From positions 928,083-992,082 of the forward strand of contig NW_019091355.1 in assembly GCF_001949145.1 (NCBI RefSeq): 64,000 bases of DNA, written 5' to 3'. This document shows positions 12,601 to 56,992 of this stretch, piece by piece. The DNA comes from Acanthaster planci (taxonomy: Eukaryota). Position 1 is the first letter of the stretch. Each line of letters opens with the position of its first letter. The notes beneath the pieces are model-generated. The model saw nothing but the letters and a program-made list of their open reading frames with translations. It was not told the origin of the DNA and made no database searches. Position numbers and translations under genes: made by a program.

Positions 12601-15600
12601 GTTTAAGTTTTAGATGTATCACCTGCTTATTGTCAAAGGTTCGTGAAAATATTAAGACGTAAAGTGTCCCAAACGTAGGCCTGCAATATCAATGAGTTTG
12701 GTGCACGTTGCTAGTTTTACAAAAATTCACTTTTGCTCAGAAACCACCTGTGTCAATTACAACAGTCTCCCAATGATTAAAAATGCCAGGATTAACCATT
12801 CTGACAAGCCAAGATAAAATAGCACTCCACAGTTCCTCACACTTACATGTATAAACCATTACTGTGACTCCAAAATGATGAAGTTGGTAGACTTACCAAA
12901 GCCTGAATGTCTAGAGAGTAGACTTGGTTGGTCTCATAGTCCAGGGGACCTGTCAAGATTACTACGCCCGAGAACTGGTTGATGGAAAATAGTGCATCAG
13001 AGCCCTGAAAGTTAATGTAAAGGTATCAGGATTGTAAATTTCAGTCTCTGAAACTCTGCACAAACTGCAAAAAGGAGTCATAGGTCACCAGAGCTACTTT
13101 GGAGTTTTACTTTGTATTAGATTGAGGAATTTGAGCTCTTTCTGTTGATGCGTCACTCAGTTTGGTACAATGAAAATGGATGTTGTGTAGATGTTAAAAT
13201 GTTAAGGATTCCGATTGCTGAAACACTTTTAGTTCGTAGAGCAGGTCACATATGGCCTTGTGACGTATCTGCAAAGGAAGGGGAGGGGTGGAGCTGGGTG
13301 CTTAAAGCAAGGGAGGGTGGGGCAAGGGGCGGATGAATATCAGTTACCAACAGAGTTGGTAGAGGAGTGCACCCAGTTCTCTTCAACCCTAACAGTCCTC
13401 CAACAGGTGAAGGATTGAGGTCTGTTAGGGCTAGTGTTACATTTTTCCCTTGAAAAGTTGGTTCCAAGTTCAAAATGGTTCCCACCAGATTAAACTTGCT
13501 CGGTGTGTGATATTTAGCTCTCTAATGCATTGGGTCCTGTATAAAAGTAGATAATACCACATGTACCCCACTGACTGAGGTGATGCTGTAAGTGACAATG
13601 CCGCCAAGTCCCGAGTCTGGATCTACTGCATTCACATCAAAAATGGTGGGCCCGTTTATAGCATTCTCGAAGACAGTGGTTGTGTTGGGAAGGTTGGTAA
13701 ACATCGGTGGGTTGTCATTGATATCCGACAACAGTAAATTGCCATTATGAATAACCTGCAGAAAGAAACAAAATTCACAATGGCAAAGGTCTACTAACTG
13801 AGAGAGTTGGCAGAGTTTGACAAACAGGAACTTTTCCAGAGGAGAGATTGAGTTTCATTTCCCAGGAGCATGACCTGAAGAGGGCATTCTTTATTACAAG
13901 GAGGGTGAAAGCATGTCTGGATTGACAGGCTACGGCTGCGAATAGCACACATGCCCAAGGAAGCCACTGCCGAGTGGCTACATCACATTGCCATAGACGG
14001 TCTGTGATGTTCTGACTACAACCAAGTAACTGGGACATGGCTTTAGCGTTGTCCATTTACATTTGGGACTGATTACATACATTTACCATGGAGAGAGCTG
14101 TAATTAAACAAAGTGAGAAAAGCCTTACCTCATTTGATCCATCTGTGACAAAAACTACAAATGAATAGAAGCCTTGAACCTGAAAATGAACAAGAACCAA
14201 TTCGGAAAAATGAGGATTTACACGAGCTTTGTTGCAGTTCCCTTAACTTGCCCAATAGTCACACCAAATATTATTCAATGGATGTCTGAAAAAAGTTTTC
14301 ACAAGGGATGGACAAAGTTTCACCGAGTTCCAGAAAATAAATGGACTGTTATAGTCCACAGAAGAAATAAGAGTTCCAGAGAGGGCAGGAATATTGCAAA
14401 TTTTAAGAACTCCCTCCTCCAGAATTGGAATAAATAGGAATTTGAAGGTTTGGGGAGTAGTTTTCCACATAGAAAAGAGTTGAAAAGAGATTGGAAGAGT
14501 CACACAAGGATAAAACAATGTATCACTTCAGGCTTTAATTAAATGACATCGCCATCCCATGAACAAAAAATCCTCACCTCTCTGTCAAGCTGAGTCTTCA
14601 GTGTCAAGAATGCTGACATGGGGTCGTTGGGATTGGGAACGATAATAAAGAGCTGCTGGGCCACAAAATCAGACAGGCCAAAGGTCAAAGTGTCATTTTC
14701 AGGGTCAGCGGCATTCAGCGTGTAGATAATCGTACCTGTAGGAATAGATGCCAGTTTGGAAATGTTAGAGTAATGTGAGGCAGGATGCTGATTTGGTCAT
14801 CAAGAATGTGGAATTACAAGTGGCCGGTTTGTAAAGTTGCTTGAATCTCCATTCTAGTACTTCAGCAAGGAAGAGTTCAGGTTGGTCTGTCCTCAAATGT
14901 CATCCTTTGCCTTCACAGTCCTGAACCTTTGTGTATTGCAGCAATTGGTAATTAGCAGTGTGATCATGGGTAGAGGACCAGACTGGTCCAACTGTCACTA
15001 ACTAAGGAGCATTCTTTAAAGTTAGTCAACCAATAGTTAACAATTTTCTTAATCAACATGTATCTTGCTCCACATAGGTCTCAGCAAAATATGTGTCCAC
15101 TAAACCAATTGCACACCATTGACATTGAGAAACATGTTCTGCACATTACACTTTATAAGGTGGCCTACCTACATGTACATGCACTGGTTAGCAAATGTAC
15201 GTGACAAATTTTTGATTGAATGAGTACAAAATCTAACTGAAAAAGAAAAAAAAAATTCAGCTTACCTGCCAAGGTGTCTTCTGGTATGTTGATAGAAATA
15301 ATTTGATTGAGGAATGTTGGAGGCAAGTTGTTTCTGGGCGCCACTGGAAACAATGTCAAAAATGATTTATTATCACCCTTTTGCACTTGTATAACATTTG
15401 TGTTACATTGTATTTATCCCCTGATAAATTATTATACAGTGCTGGGTTAGTGTGGGTTGATACAGGAAGAGGCAGGTAGGGTGGTTGGGGCCGTACTAGG
15501 TTCATAAAGAACAAGGTCATTGCAACACAATTGTCATGGTTGGGCAACGGCCTATCAACAACGTCATGCATCAGCCGAAGACGGCTCCACACAGAATGGT

Positions 15601-18600
15601 GACAGGGTCATTTTCTTTTGGTAAGTTTTCCTTTGAAATACTGAATAAAACTTGCACAGCTGTCTGATTTACAAGCAAACAGATTGCCTTCATGTACCCT
15701 TATGCTTTTAAATAGCACATTCTAGAAGGCCCTTTGACGTAAAACACGAAAATTTTCATGCTATTTTGATTTTATTACAGAAGTGAATTTGGACATATCA
15801 AACTGACTTGGGAATTCTGAAGTTTAAAATCACTTGAATCCAATTTTTACAGTAATCATTTCTACTAACTGATCAGCTCTCGTGCACGCATTATGCAATG
15901 AGCAAGTTCCTACACTATGTTGAAACTGCAACCTTTAATCACTTGGCACTTTACTTTAAATAACCAATTCCAAAGCTGGATTTACTGGAGATTCTAACAA
16001 AGGATGCTATTACAATTGTGCAACAAGACCAATATATAGATTTTCTCTGTAATCTTTGCATTGTTACACGGGTCTCATGTTTTGAAAGGCAAATGGAGCG
16101 GGATGTCGGCCTATCCTTCTCATGGTGTTGGAACTGTGAAGAGTTTGTCTAGGTGATTTCATTGTTTTGAGAGCAAACACTTCAACCATAAATGAAAGCT
16201 TTTGTTGCTTTAAAAATGAAAGTAAATTTATGAATACAAATTTGTGTTTGTTGAAGGCTTTGGCCCAAAAAGTGGAGAAACGTTCCTTTTTCAAAGCTCT
16301 TTAATGCCACTTTGACAAACATCATACTCCATGGTTAAATTTCCTTACTGCCTAGAGCTGCTAAACAAAAATATTCCTGAACAAATGTTCATGCTAAGCC
16401 AGAAATAACAAAGTACCAGTCACAAATAATGAATATGTGACATTTTAGCTGGTGACCCATTTTTGCTATGGGCAAAGCCAGTGTCTGAACTTTGTAACGT
16501 CTGAAAGTTATGTCCAGGCCTTCAAATGCTTCGCATAAACGGCCATCCAACGGCCATAAATGCCCTGGCAAAGCAAGTAGCTCTTTTATGTATGTAAATT
16601 TTCTTTACAAATTTCCTGATGAAAAGGAACTATAATCCATCTAGTAAAATCTCTGTAATATGGACAGTACAGAGGCAATGGGAAAACATTCATTGCTAGT
16701 TTATCCAATGAACAACCAAAAGTACATGTACCGGTACATGAATCTTGAAGGAAAAGACAACTCCATTTTCCGAAAATTAAAGGCATGTTTGTATTTCTGT
16801 TTATGTTTAGGGTCAGGGATTATACCTAACTTCAGCCACAATTGCTTGCTTGATGGAAATAATTTCTGAAAGTTTTCACTTACTTTCCTCCATTTGCCAG
16901 ATACATGAGGTTCCTTGCATCGTCCCTATGCTTGGTCTTGGGAAAACTCATTGCCGTTTTCATATATGTGCTTGTTAAACATGTAAAACTACCATGAAAA
17001 AAACCCTGAAACTGTCTAACACTATATCAACTTTCAAGCTGACCAGGGACAAGAAATGAATTTTTTTTCTCTTTAGGCTAAAATAGAAGAAAATTCTTTG
17101 AGTATCAATCTCAGTTTACGGTTTAGTCCTCGCCTAAAGGACCTTCTGAACACAAACAAATCTTTCCCAAAAGATGCAAACCACCAATTATTAAGCAATG
17201 CCCATGGCTGGTTCTCCACATCTTCTACTTGAAATAAATGAATTCCCCAGTTATTTCGGTTCAGTAGCACTACGGCCACACAGATGCACACTCCCCCCAC
17301 CCAAACACTATAAAGGAATGACACTCAACAGAAATACAGGCTTATCGATCTCACACAGCAAGATCTGCTTGATATATTGTTGTGGAAACCAAAAATGGTG
17401 CAACACGCTGTAGTCATTCTAATCCTAATATTGATTGTGCATTGAGGTTCAAACCAGCCAGCAGCGTGACACATTTGTAGAAGATGGAGATAAATGTATA
17501 TGCTAACTTCATACTTATCATCTTGTTGTACATTTGAAAAATATAAGACAGGAAGGAATGTTTGTTTTCTTAAGTTCTGTGTATCATTAGTGAGCAGACT
17601 AAATGAACAAGGCTTGGTTCATATGCCAAATCGTTTTCAAAGACAAATTATTTGTATTTCATGCACCTATTCCAAACTCGTTGATGGAGCTGCTAATTAG
17701 ACATCAGAGGACACTTTCTTGGCAGATTTTTGAAACTTCTTCCTGAAGTTCAAGAGTTTGTGACTCCTTTCAGGCTCTGTGCAATGAGTAACACACAAAC
17801 AGTACACTGTTCACAGGACAACTGGACTGGACAGTATGATGGATTGACGACTGATGCATGGCCAGGATTTGTTGCGTTTTTCAATGGGGCTTGAAGGCTC
17901 TGACTTCAAACAATTGGGCTCTCTTCTCAACAATGCTTTCAAAAGAACCACTGTGACAACCTGCTTTGAAAGGAAACTATTTTTTACAGGTTTATATTTC
18001 AATACTAAAATTCCTCAACTGATCCCTCTGTGCTTGACTTGCCTAGAGGCAAGATACTGCAGCACTTAATATGTTCCCCATACAGTGCGATCAACTAATT
18101 TTCAGTTTATTGCTAAATGCGCTCACATATTTTCAGTATGTTCTGCTGTCAACTCATAAGTTAAGTGTATTTTGGTATATAAAGAAATTGTTAAAGTATC
18201 TGCAACATGCTACTAATTTTCAAGTACATACATATATTGGTGTACACCCACAAACAATGGCAAAGTTAAGGTGTGTGTTCACATTTGTCTTGGCTGATTC
18301 ACAAATAGCAACCCACAGTTTGGTTTTCAAAACATCCTCACAACCTACCAATTATAAATGTTTAATCATAGGCAGGCCTATTCAGGAAGGTGTGATGACA
18401 TACAAACACAAGGACAATCAAGAATTTAAAAATTGATTTCCAGCAAGTTAAGCCCTATCATAAAGAAACTCTGAGGAACCGTATTATTAAAGACAGCTCT
18501 ACTGGGCTCAAGGATGTATCACAGGGAACATGAAAAGGTTTAATCAATGTACGTGTATGCTGGGTTGCCCTACATGTATAAATGGCGGGTACGGCCTCTG

Positions 18601-21600
18601 TAGGAAGGGGAGGCTGAGTTTTGAGCAAAGCTGGGTGTTATTAAAAGACAACACAGGAAATAATATCACTGCTGTCACAAGGTCAAAACACTCCTTGATC
18701 CACTGTTCAGCCATTCTTTTACCCCTGATATTTGATATGGGAGTAACTTGTAATGGTTTTTTTTTAGTACCACGGTGTGGGAGAGACGTTTTCATAGAAA
18801 ACTTTTATGAGAATTCAATAAAGTAAGGATAAAACTTCTCCAAATAGTTCTTTACAAGTCCATTCACTATGCATACAAATTTATGCATTTTAATTGGAAC
18901 ATTTTAAAATTGGTCTTTGGAGAAATTGTCGGTAGATGCCTGTAGATGCCTATCCTAGCTCTGTGCAGATTTTTCTTCTTAATTTCCAGCGCTACAAGCA
19001 AATCCAGTGTTTGGCACTTGCAAGCACAGCATAAGCTCTTGTGCACATTTGACTCATTAAGATCAAACATAAATGATTAATGATGTTGAACAGGTAATGG
19101 AGTCGGTTGCATTGTTCAGCTTACAAAAGAAGTGAGCACTGAGTCTATTTGGACAAAGCACAGACACTCCCTCCCTAGCTTGTGACGAGAGGGAATTTCA
19201 GGAATGGAGACATAACACAGTCCATTACTTGGCAAAAAATGTAGAACAATTCGGTTGCTTTCCTTGTGTAACTTTTGGAACAATTAGTAAAAGGACCAAA
19301 AACAAATTAGAGAAGGTAAAAGTAGAGTGGATTACATGGGATCATACATCGTGTGGTCGAGACCAACCAACCCTAAAATGATGCTTCTCATTATCATGTA
19401 CATGTACAAGTCTTTCCAAGAAAATAAATTCAACTCACAGTGAATTTATGTCCTTAACTGTCAAAATTTCTGTGAATAAACATGTACTGTAATATGGACC
19501 AAAACATGAACATGAAAAGTTTCCAAACCACATTTCTGTACTTTAACCTGGTTTACAGGTCATGTGTCACATTTAGGAACTGCTTTGTGTGATATTTTGC
19601 TTTTTTGTTAAAACCTTTCCAAAACATATGCTTTAAAATTTCAATGCAGTGGTAGGGATATATCCAAACCCATTTCCTCATCCATACGTGTTGACATATA
19701 CACGTATATCAATACTGGACTGAGCATACATGTATTTGTCTACTGAATTTGAACAAAACAAGCTAAATTTATCCTTAACTCCCCGGGCACTTTTTGTTAG
19801 AAACCTCTGAGGTAACGTTCAACTCTGTGCTGACAGCCAATAATATACTCTTTACGCTGAGTAACACCAATGCCATGGCAAACCTGCACAGTCCTAAACC
19901 CTTCAACATTCTTCCAAACTGGGTAAGGGACGTTGGAAGAGTCCGGGATTTCAGCAACAAGAGACAAGAACCTAGAATGACTTTAATGCCCCAAGATCCT
20001 TCAAAATCAATCAAACTTGGAGACATCTGTGGGATGGAGAAAGTACAACCAACACAAAGGCTAAAATTACACCTGGATGCCCCATATGACCAAAGAATAA
20101 GCCAGTGAATTCCATTCCTGGAGAGGATTTGGGACAATTCAGGGAGACTCCCATAAAAATGTTTTCAGGAGACTTAGGGTTTCAAGAAACAATGAAAAGC
20201 AACTTAAAACACAATATTGATTCATTCTTATTTGTTACAAAAGAATACAAAGGAAGCAATTACAGTCTCTCTATGAAGACCAAATGAACGTCACAAATAC
20301 ATGTGAACTCCCCTTGTTGACTCACAGCGATATTTCTCAATGAAAAGCGTCTTGGTATAGATTTTTCTGCAAAGAGGTTCAATAGACAGATCTTGCCCTC
20401 TGGCCAAAACACACATGGTTACCTCAGGAGTGAAAACTCAAAAGACTGTCAATTTTGGCAACACAAACATTTCCAAAAGAAAAATAACAGCATTTTGAGT
20501 CACGCACGGTGAAGCCTACATGGATGGATGTACATGATACTCCACACTTCAGGGAAGCCAAACACAAGTTTAAATAATTATTGAGCAGTACAACCAAAAC
20601 TAATATGGTTATTTAGAGGAAGTTTTCAATTCAGTGCATTATGCTGATTTGTTGCATTCTTAGGTATGAATATTTTGAATGACAGTCTGAAAAGGATTAA
20701 ACAAATGATTTTGAAGTTGCTTGAAGTGTAAAATATGGTAACACACATTGTCATCACTGACACCATTGCTCGTTTCATCAGTAAATTTCAGATTGGTTAT
20801 CCAATGATCTGCTGGCAAATCAATGACTGCCTGCCTTTGATCATGTATGTGTAATTCTTTCCAATTCTTATATTTTTCCACGACGGTTCCACTTCTATAA
20901 CAACTTGTTTCAAATAGAAGACATGTCCCATAACCTGAAAAAAATCTCTCATGGGCATTTAGACCATTTGAATCACCTCCCATGAAACCTTTTTATTTTG
21001 AACTTTTTCAATTTTTGTATTAATCATGGAGTCTGCGCTTCACTGATTTCCAATACAAACAATACCTCACAGTGAGCCATTAGAGAGTTTTCAAAGAAAT
21101 ATGTTACAGAAAATAAGATGTATTAAGGCTCGTGAATTCAATGTCAAGAAAATGATAAGGGTAAACACATTTAGCACAATTTTTCAATTTAATACAGACT
21201 TGCAATCATGAGTAACACCGGAGATCGAATTTGATTCAAAACAGAAGTTGCAAGTTTTATGAAAAGTATATCGCAATCAAATTTGCAGTTCAAATGAACC
21301 ATGAACAAAGAATCAACAAATGTAGAGAATTTCCTTTCACAAAGTAAAAGTAAAGTTTATAATCAGACAAAAGCTTAAACATGCATGCGCACTCAACCAT
21401 GAACATGGCACTTAACCATTATTGAAAAGCCCTCAAATTTATATATCACTGGGGTTCTTTTGTTAACAGATCAAAAAGAAAAATTCTTCAAAAAACTTGT
21501 TTTATAAGTTCTCGGAACCACCAAGCTGTACAGGATGAAGTGAATATGAACGAAACGTACACCTTGCTTTTCGGTGTAACTATGACAAAAGATATTGGTA

Positions 21601-21880
21601 AAAATAAAATGGCATTAGTTCACTACCCAGTAATACTAAATATAGCCCCCTCTTGTGGCTATGCATACAAGTCAAGTTTTCATGCTGAGACTTTACCTTG
21701 GTCGCATGTTGTCCCTGTCCATCCCTGGGCACAGTTGCAGATGAAGTTGGTCCCAGAATTCATGCACGCACCGCTGTTCAGACACGGCGTTGAGTCGCAC
21801 GGCGATGCTGCAGTCGAAACACATGACAGGGAGTAAATCAGACAGAGGTACACCAGCAGTGGTGGGCCAGACCGAGGCAT
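424..21880 (-). CDS. Multi-exon non-classical cadherin (CDH23/Cad87A/CDHR-like): signal peptide, 1 EGF, at least 11 cadherin repeats; 3' end lies outside the window
   Basis: 24 phase-compatible GT-AG exons with cadherin motifs (PE, DxD, LDRE/LDYE, DxNDNxPxF). The N-terminal NNLPPTF, the DVQD linker after EC2 and the EC4 sequence GFVLPVGIEV...FSISPSS resemble CDH23-type cadherins. Confidence 0.85.
1026..1202 (-). CDS. Cadherin exon (EC10/EC11)
   Basis: ATVTITVTDVNDEAPRF...ANDPDLGQGGEIQYSITG. Confidence 0.9.
1275..1365 (+). mobile_element. Degenerate SINE/L2-tail-like fragment
   Basis: gggtggagagaggcac...aagtggcttgcttaaggacac...ggatttgaaaccc resembles widespread invertebrate SINE 3' segments; recognised by eye only. 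Confidence 0.4.
1548..1752 (-). CDS. Cadherin exon (EC10)
   Basis: VRATDGDTGDNAVILY...PLDRETEDSYLLTVEA. Confidence 0.9.
2057..2358 (-). CDS. Cadherin exon (EC9/EC10)
   Basis: GLNSDIIY...SLDRETQDSY...TDVNDNRPVF. Confidence 0.9.
2584..2648 (+). mobile_element. tRNA-derived SINE head, degenerate
   Basis: A-box-like agctcaattggtaaagc and B-box-like ggttgaattc; no intact cloverleaf. Confidence 0.45.
2745..3060 (-). CDS. Cadherin exon (EC8/EC9)
   Basis: VTAADPDSIG...LDREQQDQY...TDVNDNQPVF...ANDSDI. Confidence 0.9.
3475..3620 (-). CDS. Cadherin exon (EC7/EC8)
   Basis: DGDPRRFSS...VLDINDTPPTF...ENERAGTFVGQ. Confidence 0.9.
3881..4049 (-). CDS. Cadherin exon (EC7)
   Basis: Manual translation VMAQDADIGRNALLRY...PLDREQTETIEVNVRVRD; not in the ORF track. 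Confidence 0.88.
4383..4624 (-). CDS. Cadherin exon (EC6/EC7)
   Basis: GTFLVDPNSG...PLDRETVSFY...RDFNDNDPQW. Confidence 0.9.
4990..5092 (-). CDS. Cadherin exon (EC6)
   Basis: Manual translation LSDTGLTIGRVIANDADSGPAGEVTYTILSGNDN. Confidence 0.88.
6679..6778 (-). CDS. Cadherin exon (EC5/EC6)
   Basis: Manual translation DGVSEVTVLVTITDINDSPPVFQQPNYLIQIIE. Confidence 0.88.
7061..7188 (-). CDS. Cadherin exon (EC5)
   Basis: Manual translation GLFAINTITGVITTTSVIDFENSASTYTLTIEARNTQPAVSP. Confidence 0.88.
7361..7418. repeat. ~59-bp hairpin element, copy 1
   Basis: aaccctaactctcctcaatccttcacctgttggaggactgaggagggttagggttaa. Confidence 0.85.
7565..7692 (-). CDS. Cadherin exon (EC5)
   Basis: TQTIALEEGSPMGTVITSVTVTDADEGINANTEFNIIAGNQA. 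Confidence 0.88.
8028..8115 (-). CDS. Cadherin exon (EC4/EC5)
   Basis: Manual translation LMAEDTAISTATVVVTVIDVNDNDPIFTH. Confidence 0.88.
8558..8707 (-). CDS. Cadherin exon (EC4)
   Basis: VIQGNFRITL...FSISPSSAVDQAIVTLTLIRPLDYENTRSYDLQ. Confidence 0.88.
8847..9026 (-). CDS. Cadherin exon (EC3/EC4)
   Basis: AIEIGSNG...INDIDDESPVFNQSTY...GFVLPVGIEVSDGEI. Confidence 0.88.
9539..9651 (-). CDS. Cadherin exon (EC3)
   Basis: GNLGSFFRVDSVTGEVILVRELDRENINTPAAVELIVR. Confidence 0.88.
10094..10172 (-). CDS. Cadherin exon (EC3)
   Basis: NTVVVTVLAVDQDTINANNVTYEILG. Confidence 0.88.
10709..10834 (-). CDS. Cadherin exon (EC2/EC3)
   Basis: DLGNNSLRTTSTLTVQVLDVQDTGPVFINTPYDRTINEGTPL. Confidence 0.88.
11918..12440. 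repeat. 12-bp minisatellite (acaagtcccttc / acaagtccagtc)
   Basis: About 43 tandem units visible directly. Confidence 0.95.
12897..13004 (-). CDS. Cadherin exon (EC2)
   Basis: Manual translation GSDALFSINQFSGVVILTGPLDYETNQVYSLDIQAL. Confidence 0.88.
13383..13433. repeat. ~59-bp hairpin element, copy 2 (inverted, internally deleted)
   Basis: Reverse complement reads tagccctaacagacctcaatccttcacctgttggaggactgttagggttga. Confidence 0.8.
13567..13755 (-). CDS. Cadherin exon (EC1/EC2)
   Basis: VIHNGNLLLSDINDNPPMF...AVDPDSGLGGIVTYSITS; two in-frame donors are possible (exon end 13576 or 13567). Confidence 0.85.
14129..14179 (-). CDS. Cadherin exon (EC1), 51 bp
   Basis: Manual translation VQGFYSFVVFVTDGSNE; phase 0-0. 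Confidence 0.82.
14578..14735 (-). CDS. Cadherin exon (EC1)
   Basis: Manual translation GTIIYTLNAADPENDTLTFGL...LKTQLDRE. Confidence 0.88.
15266..15343 (-). CDS. First cadherin exon (EC1 start)
   Basis: VAPRNNLPPTFLNQIISINIPEDTLAG; phase 1-1. Confidence 0.88.
21697..21880 (-). CDS. Signal peptide + EGF exon, with an internal splice acceptor giving an EGF-only exon from 21807
   Basis: MPRSGPPLLVYLCLIYSLSCVSTA-ASPCDSTPCLNSGACMNSGTNFICNCAQGWTGTTCDQ; gccATG context; gtaaag donor. Confidence 0.8.
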
Positions 21881-24066
21881 GGCTTATGACCAGGCTGTCA
21901 CCGTCATAAGACAGGTTCCTCTTGCCTTGAAGTTGTCTTGCTCACCATGGTGAACGCATACACTCATTTATTGCAGACTCACTTCGCCTTTGCACCAGCA
22001 ATTTCCAATGCCACTTTCTCCCACAGGTCCAGTAATTTCAAAACTGCCAACAAGCCTGTCACGGTTACCACTTCAAGCAAGCAATCAATACTCATTCAGT
22101 AACTCAGTCAATCATCCTGCATTACTGTTCCTCTGATGAAGTAATTGTCAGCATCATTGCTTTCTTTTTTATTACTCTAAGTAAACTTTTCATGTAATCC
22201 AGTCAGTAAATCTAGCCGGCAATTCCCACGGTCTCCAGAGCAAACAGAAACCACAAGATAAAGTTGATATACAGTCTCTAAACCAAGTCCTTGACAGAAC
22301 CATTGATGCTCATTGAACCGCTAAAGCATTCCTGCCAAAACACCCCTATCGGGCTCCTGTATTGTGCTCCAAAGCTACCCTTTCTGTCTTTGAGAGCAGC
22401 AACAAGATAACAACAAAAATGTGGATCATACCATTTCAGCACTAGGCCGGGGGGGGATTGACTTACGATACCCAACTGTTTGGTGTTTGCCCTCTTTCCA
22501 GTTCCTACTCTTTTGATATTTAAATGAGTGACTTAACCCTGGGTTTGGGGCCAGTGAAAGGGAAGTGAAACAGAATAGTAAACTGAGCTGACATTTAGGA
22601 AACCGTGGGAGTATAATTGAAAGATTCAAGAGGGCAGGCTTCAACAATGTCCAGAACCATGAACAAGTGAGACTCAGACAGAGGTTTTTAGGGACTTCCT
22701 GGAAAAAACTGAACTCCTCCTAAAACAGCACCTGTCTGCACAGTTGAGTGCAATACAGGAATAATCCTGAAAAGTTGGCCACAAATTGTAGTAAATATCC
22801 ATTCTATATCAGTTAATGAAAAAAAAGAAATGAAAAAAAAGGGTTAGATTGTTGCCAAACATTTGAAGCTGCCTGAAAAATTGACAACTTGAAAAGGCAA
22901 AGAGAGAAAAAAAGGAATTGCAGGAAAGTGTCACCCTATTCTTCCTAGCCACCCTGATTATGTTTTTCGATGTATCTGAGAATTTTAAATTTGCTCAAAT
23001 TCAAAAACAAACAAACAACCAACACTGAAGTTCTGTTACAAATCTTTTTGAAGTTTTGTAATTAGTTTAATTCACTGAGTTCTTTTTCAACACTATATTT
23101 GAAAATTTGCCACGAAAAGCTATTTTGGAAAAAAAACACATTTATTAAAGGATAATTTATTTCATGAAATTATGAGCTGTCATAAATCAGATGTAAATGG
23201 ACTCAAAATGTTTGCCTAAAACTTTCAGGTACACAACAAAAAATTTCAACATGTACGCTGCTAATCAGTCTACCATTTGAGTTGAAAATGCCTGAACTTG
23301 GGTGATTACAGAGGCACTTATCAACCCCAGGCTGTTTGCAGAATATTTTTCCCACACATCTGACAAAGAGCTTACACCTTGGGTTTTCTCACAGTTATGT
23401 TTACGATGCAAATACACACTTCCACTGCTGTTTAGGAACCTAAAGTCAGTGCTCTGAGAAAAACTGTGCAACTCAGGATTTGCTTATTTTCACATCAATA
23501 ACAAAAGTACTGTCAGTACAGGTATCTCCCTCATCCTTACTTACTAGCAGAAAAGTAGAAAGTTCTGGAAGAATTATGGGCAAAGAATTTGTAATTTCAT
23601 TTTTCTGGGTAAAGTTTTAAATCCATGAAAATGTCAAGATGATGCCAGATGTTTGACTCGCAGGGAAATACAAACAACAAACTTTGCACAATGGCAACAG
23701 ACACTCCAGGGCATTTTTCTTATTGAGAACAAAACAAATAATTTGAAGCAAATGAAAGCAAACAGCCTTCATTTGCTAACAGCAAATAACTTAGCAAGAC
23801 TTGTTCATACTTGTTGCAAAACAAATGGAACACAGACACAATGTTGAAATGTCAAGAGAACCAACTTATAATTGATTCAATCAAAACACTAAATGCAACA
23901 AGAACTTAGGCCACTTTCCAATTGGTGAAAATGAATCACAAATATTTATTGGAAGAAATACATCCCGTAAATTGACCCTCACCCTTCAGGGTACTTTGGC
24001 TAGAAACCCTGCTAGACACATCAGTCTGCATCATTTTGCAATGTGGCTTGCCTGTCCAGTGTAACC

Positions 24067-24210
24067 AGATCCAACAGGTCAACTCTCCCAAAGGCCAAAC
24101 AGCGTTGGAGTCTGTGGTTGCCAGTCATCACAAGATCCAACAGCTCAACTCTCCCCAAGGCCAAACAGCCTGGGAGTCTGTGGTTGCCAGTCACCACGAG
24201 ATCCAACAGT
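24067..24210. repeat. ~66-bp tandem repeat, about 2.2 copies
   Basis: agatccaacag..caactctccc.aaggccaaacagc..ggagtctgtggttgccagtca repeated. Confidence 0.85.
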
Positions 24211-24413
24211 GGCATTATTCAATGGGACTAGCTCCCAATGTCTTAACATGGCCAGTTTGTTTGGCTGCTGTTGATTGCCAAGTGCATCAAAGTGCACCAG
24301 ATATTACCCCTGACGCACTGTGCTGCGTTTGGCAGGGTTAGGGTTAAAGACTTTGAATGTCCTCATGAATACTAGCGCTGTTGGGAAATAATTAAGGACA
24401 GGTAACTACTCAC

Positions 24414-56992
<32,579 letters not shown>

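Noticed and set aside
15400..21600. Nested gene or transmembrane/terminal exon in the 6.3 kb intron
   Set aside because: Only short AT-rich ORFs were found, with no domain signatures or convincing splice-bounded hydrophobic segment.
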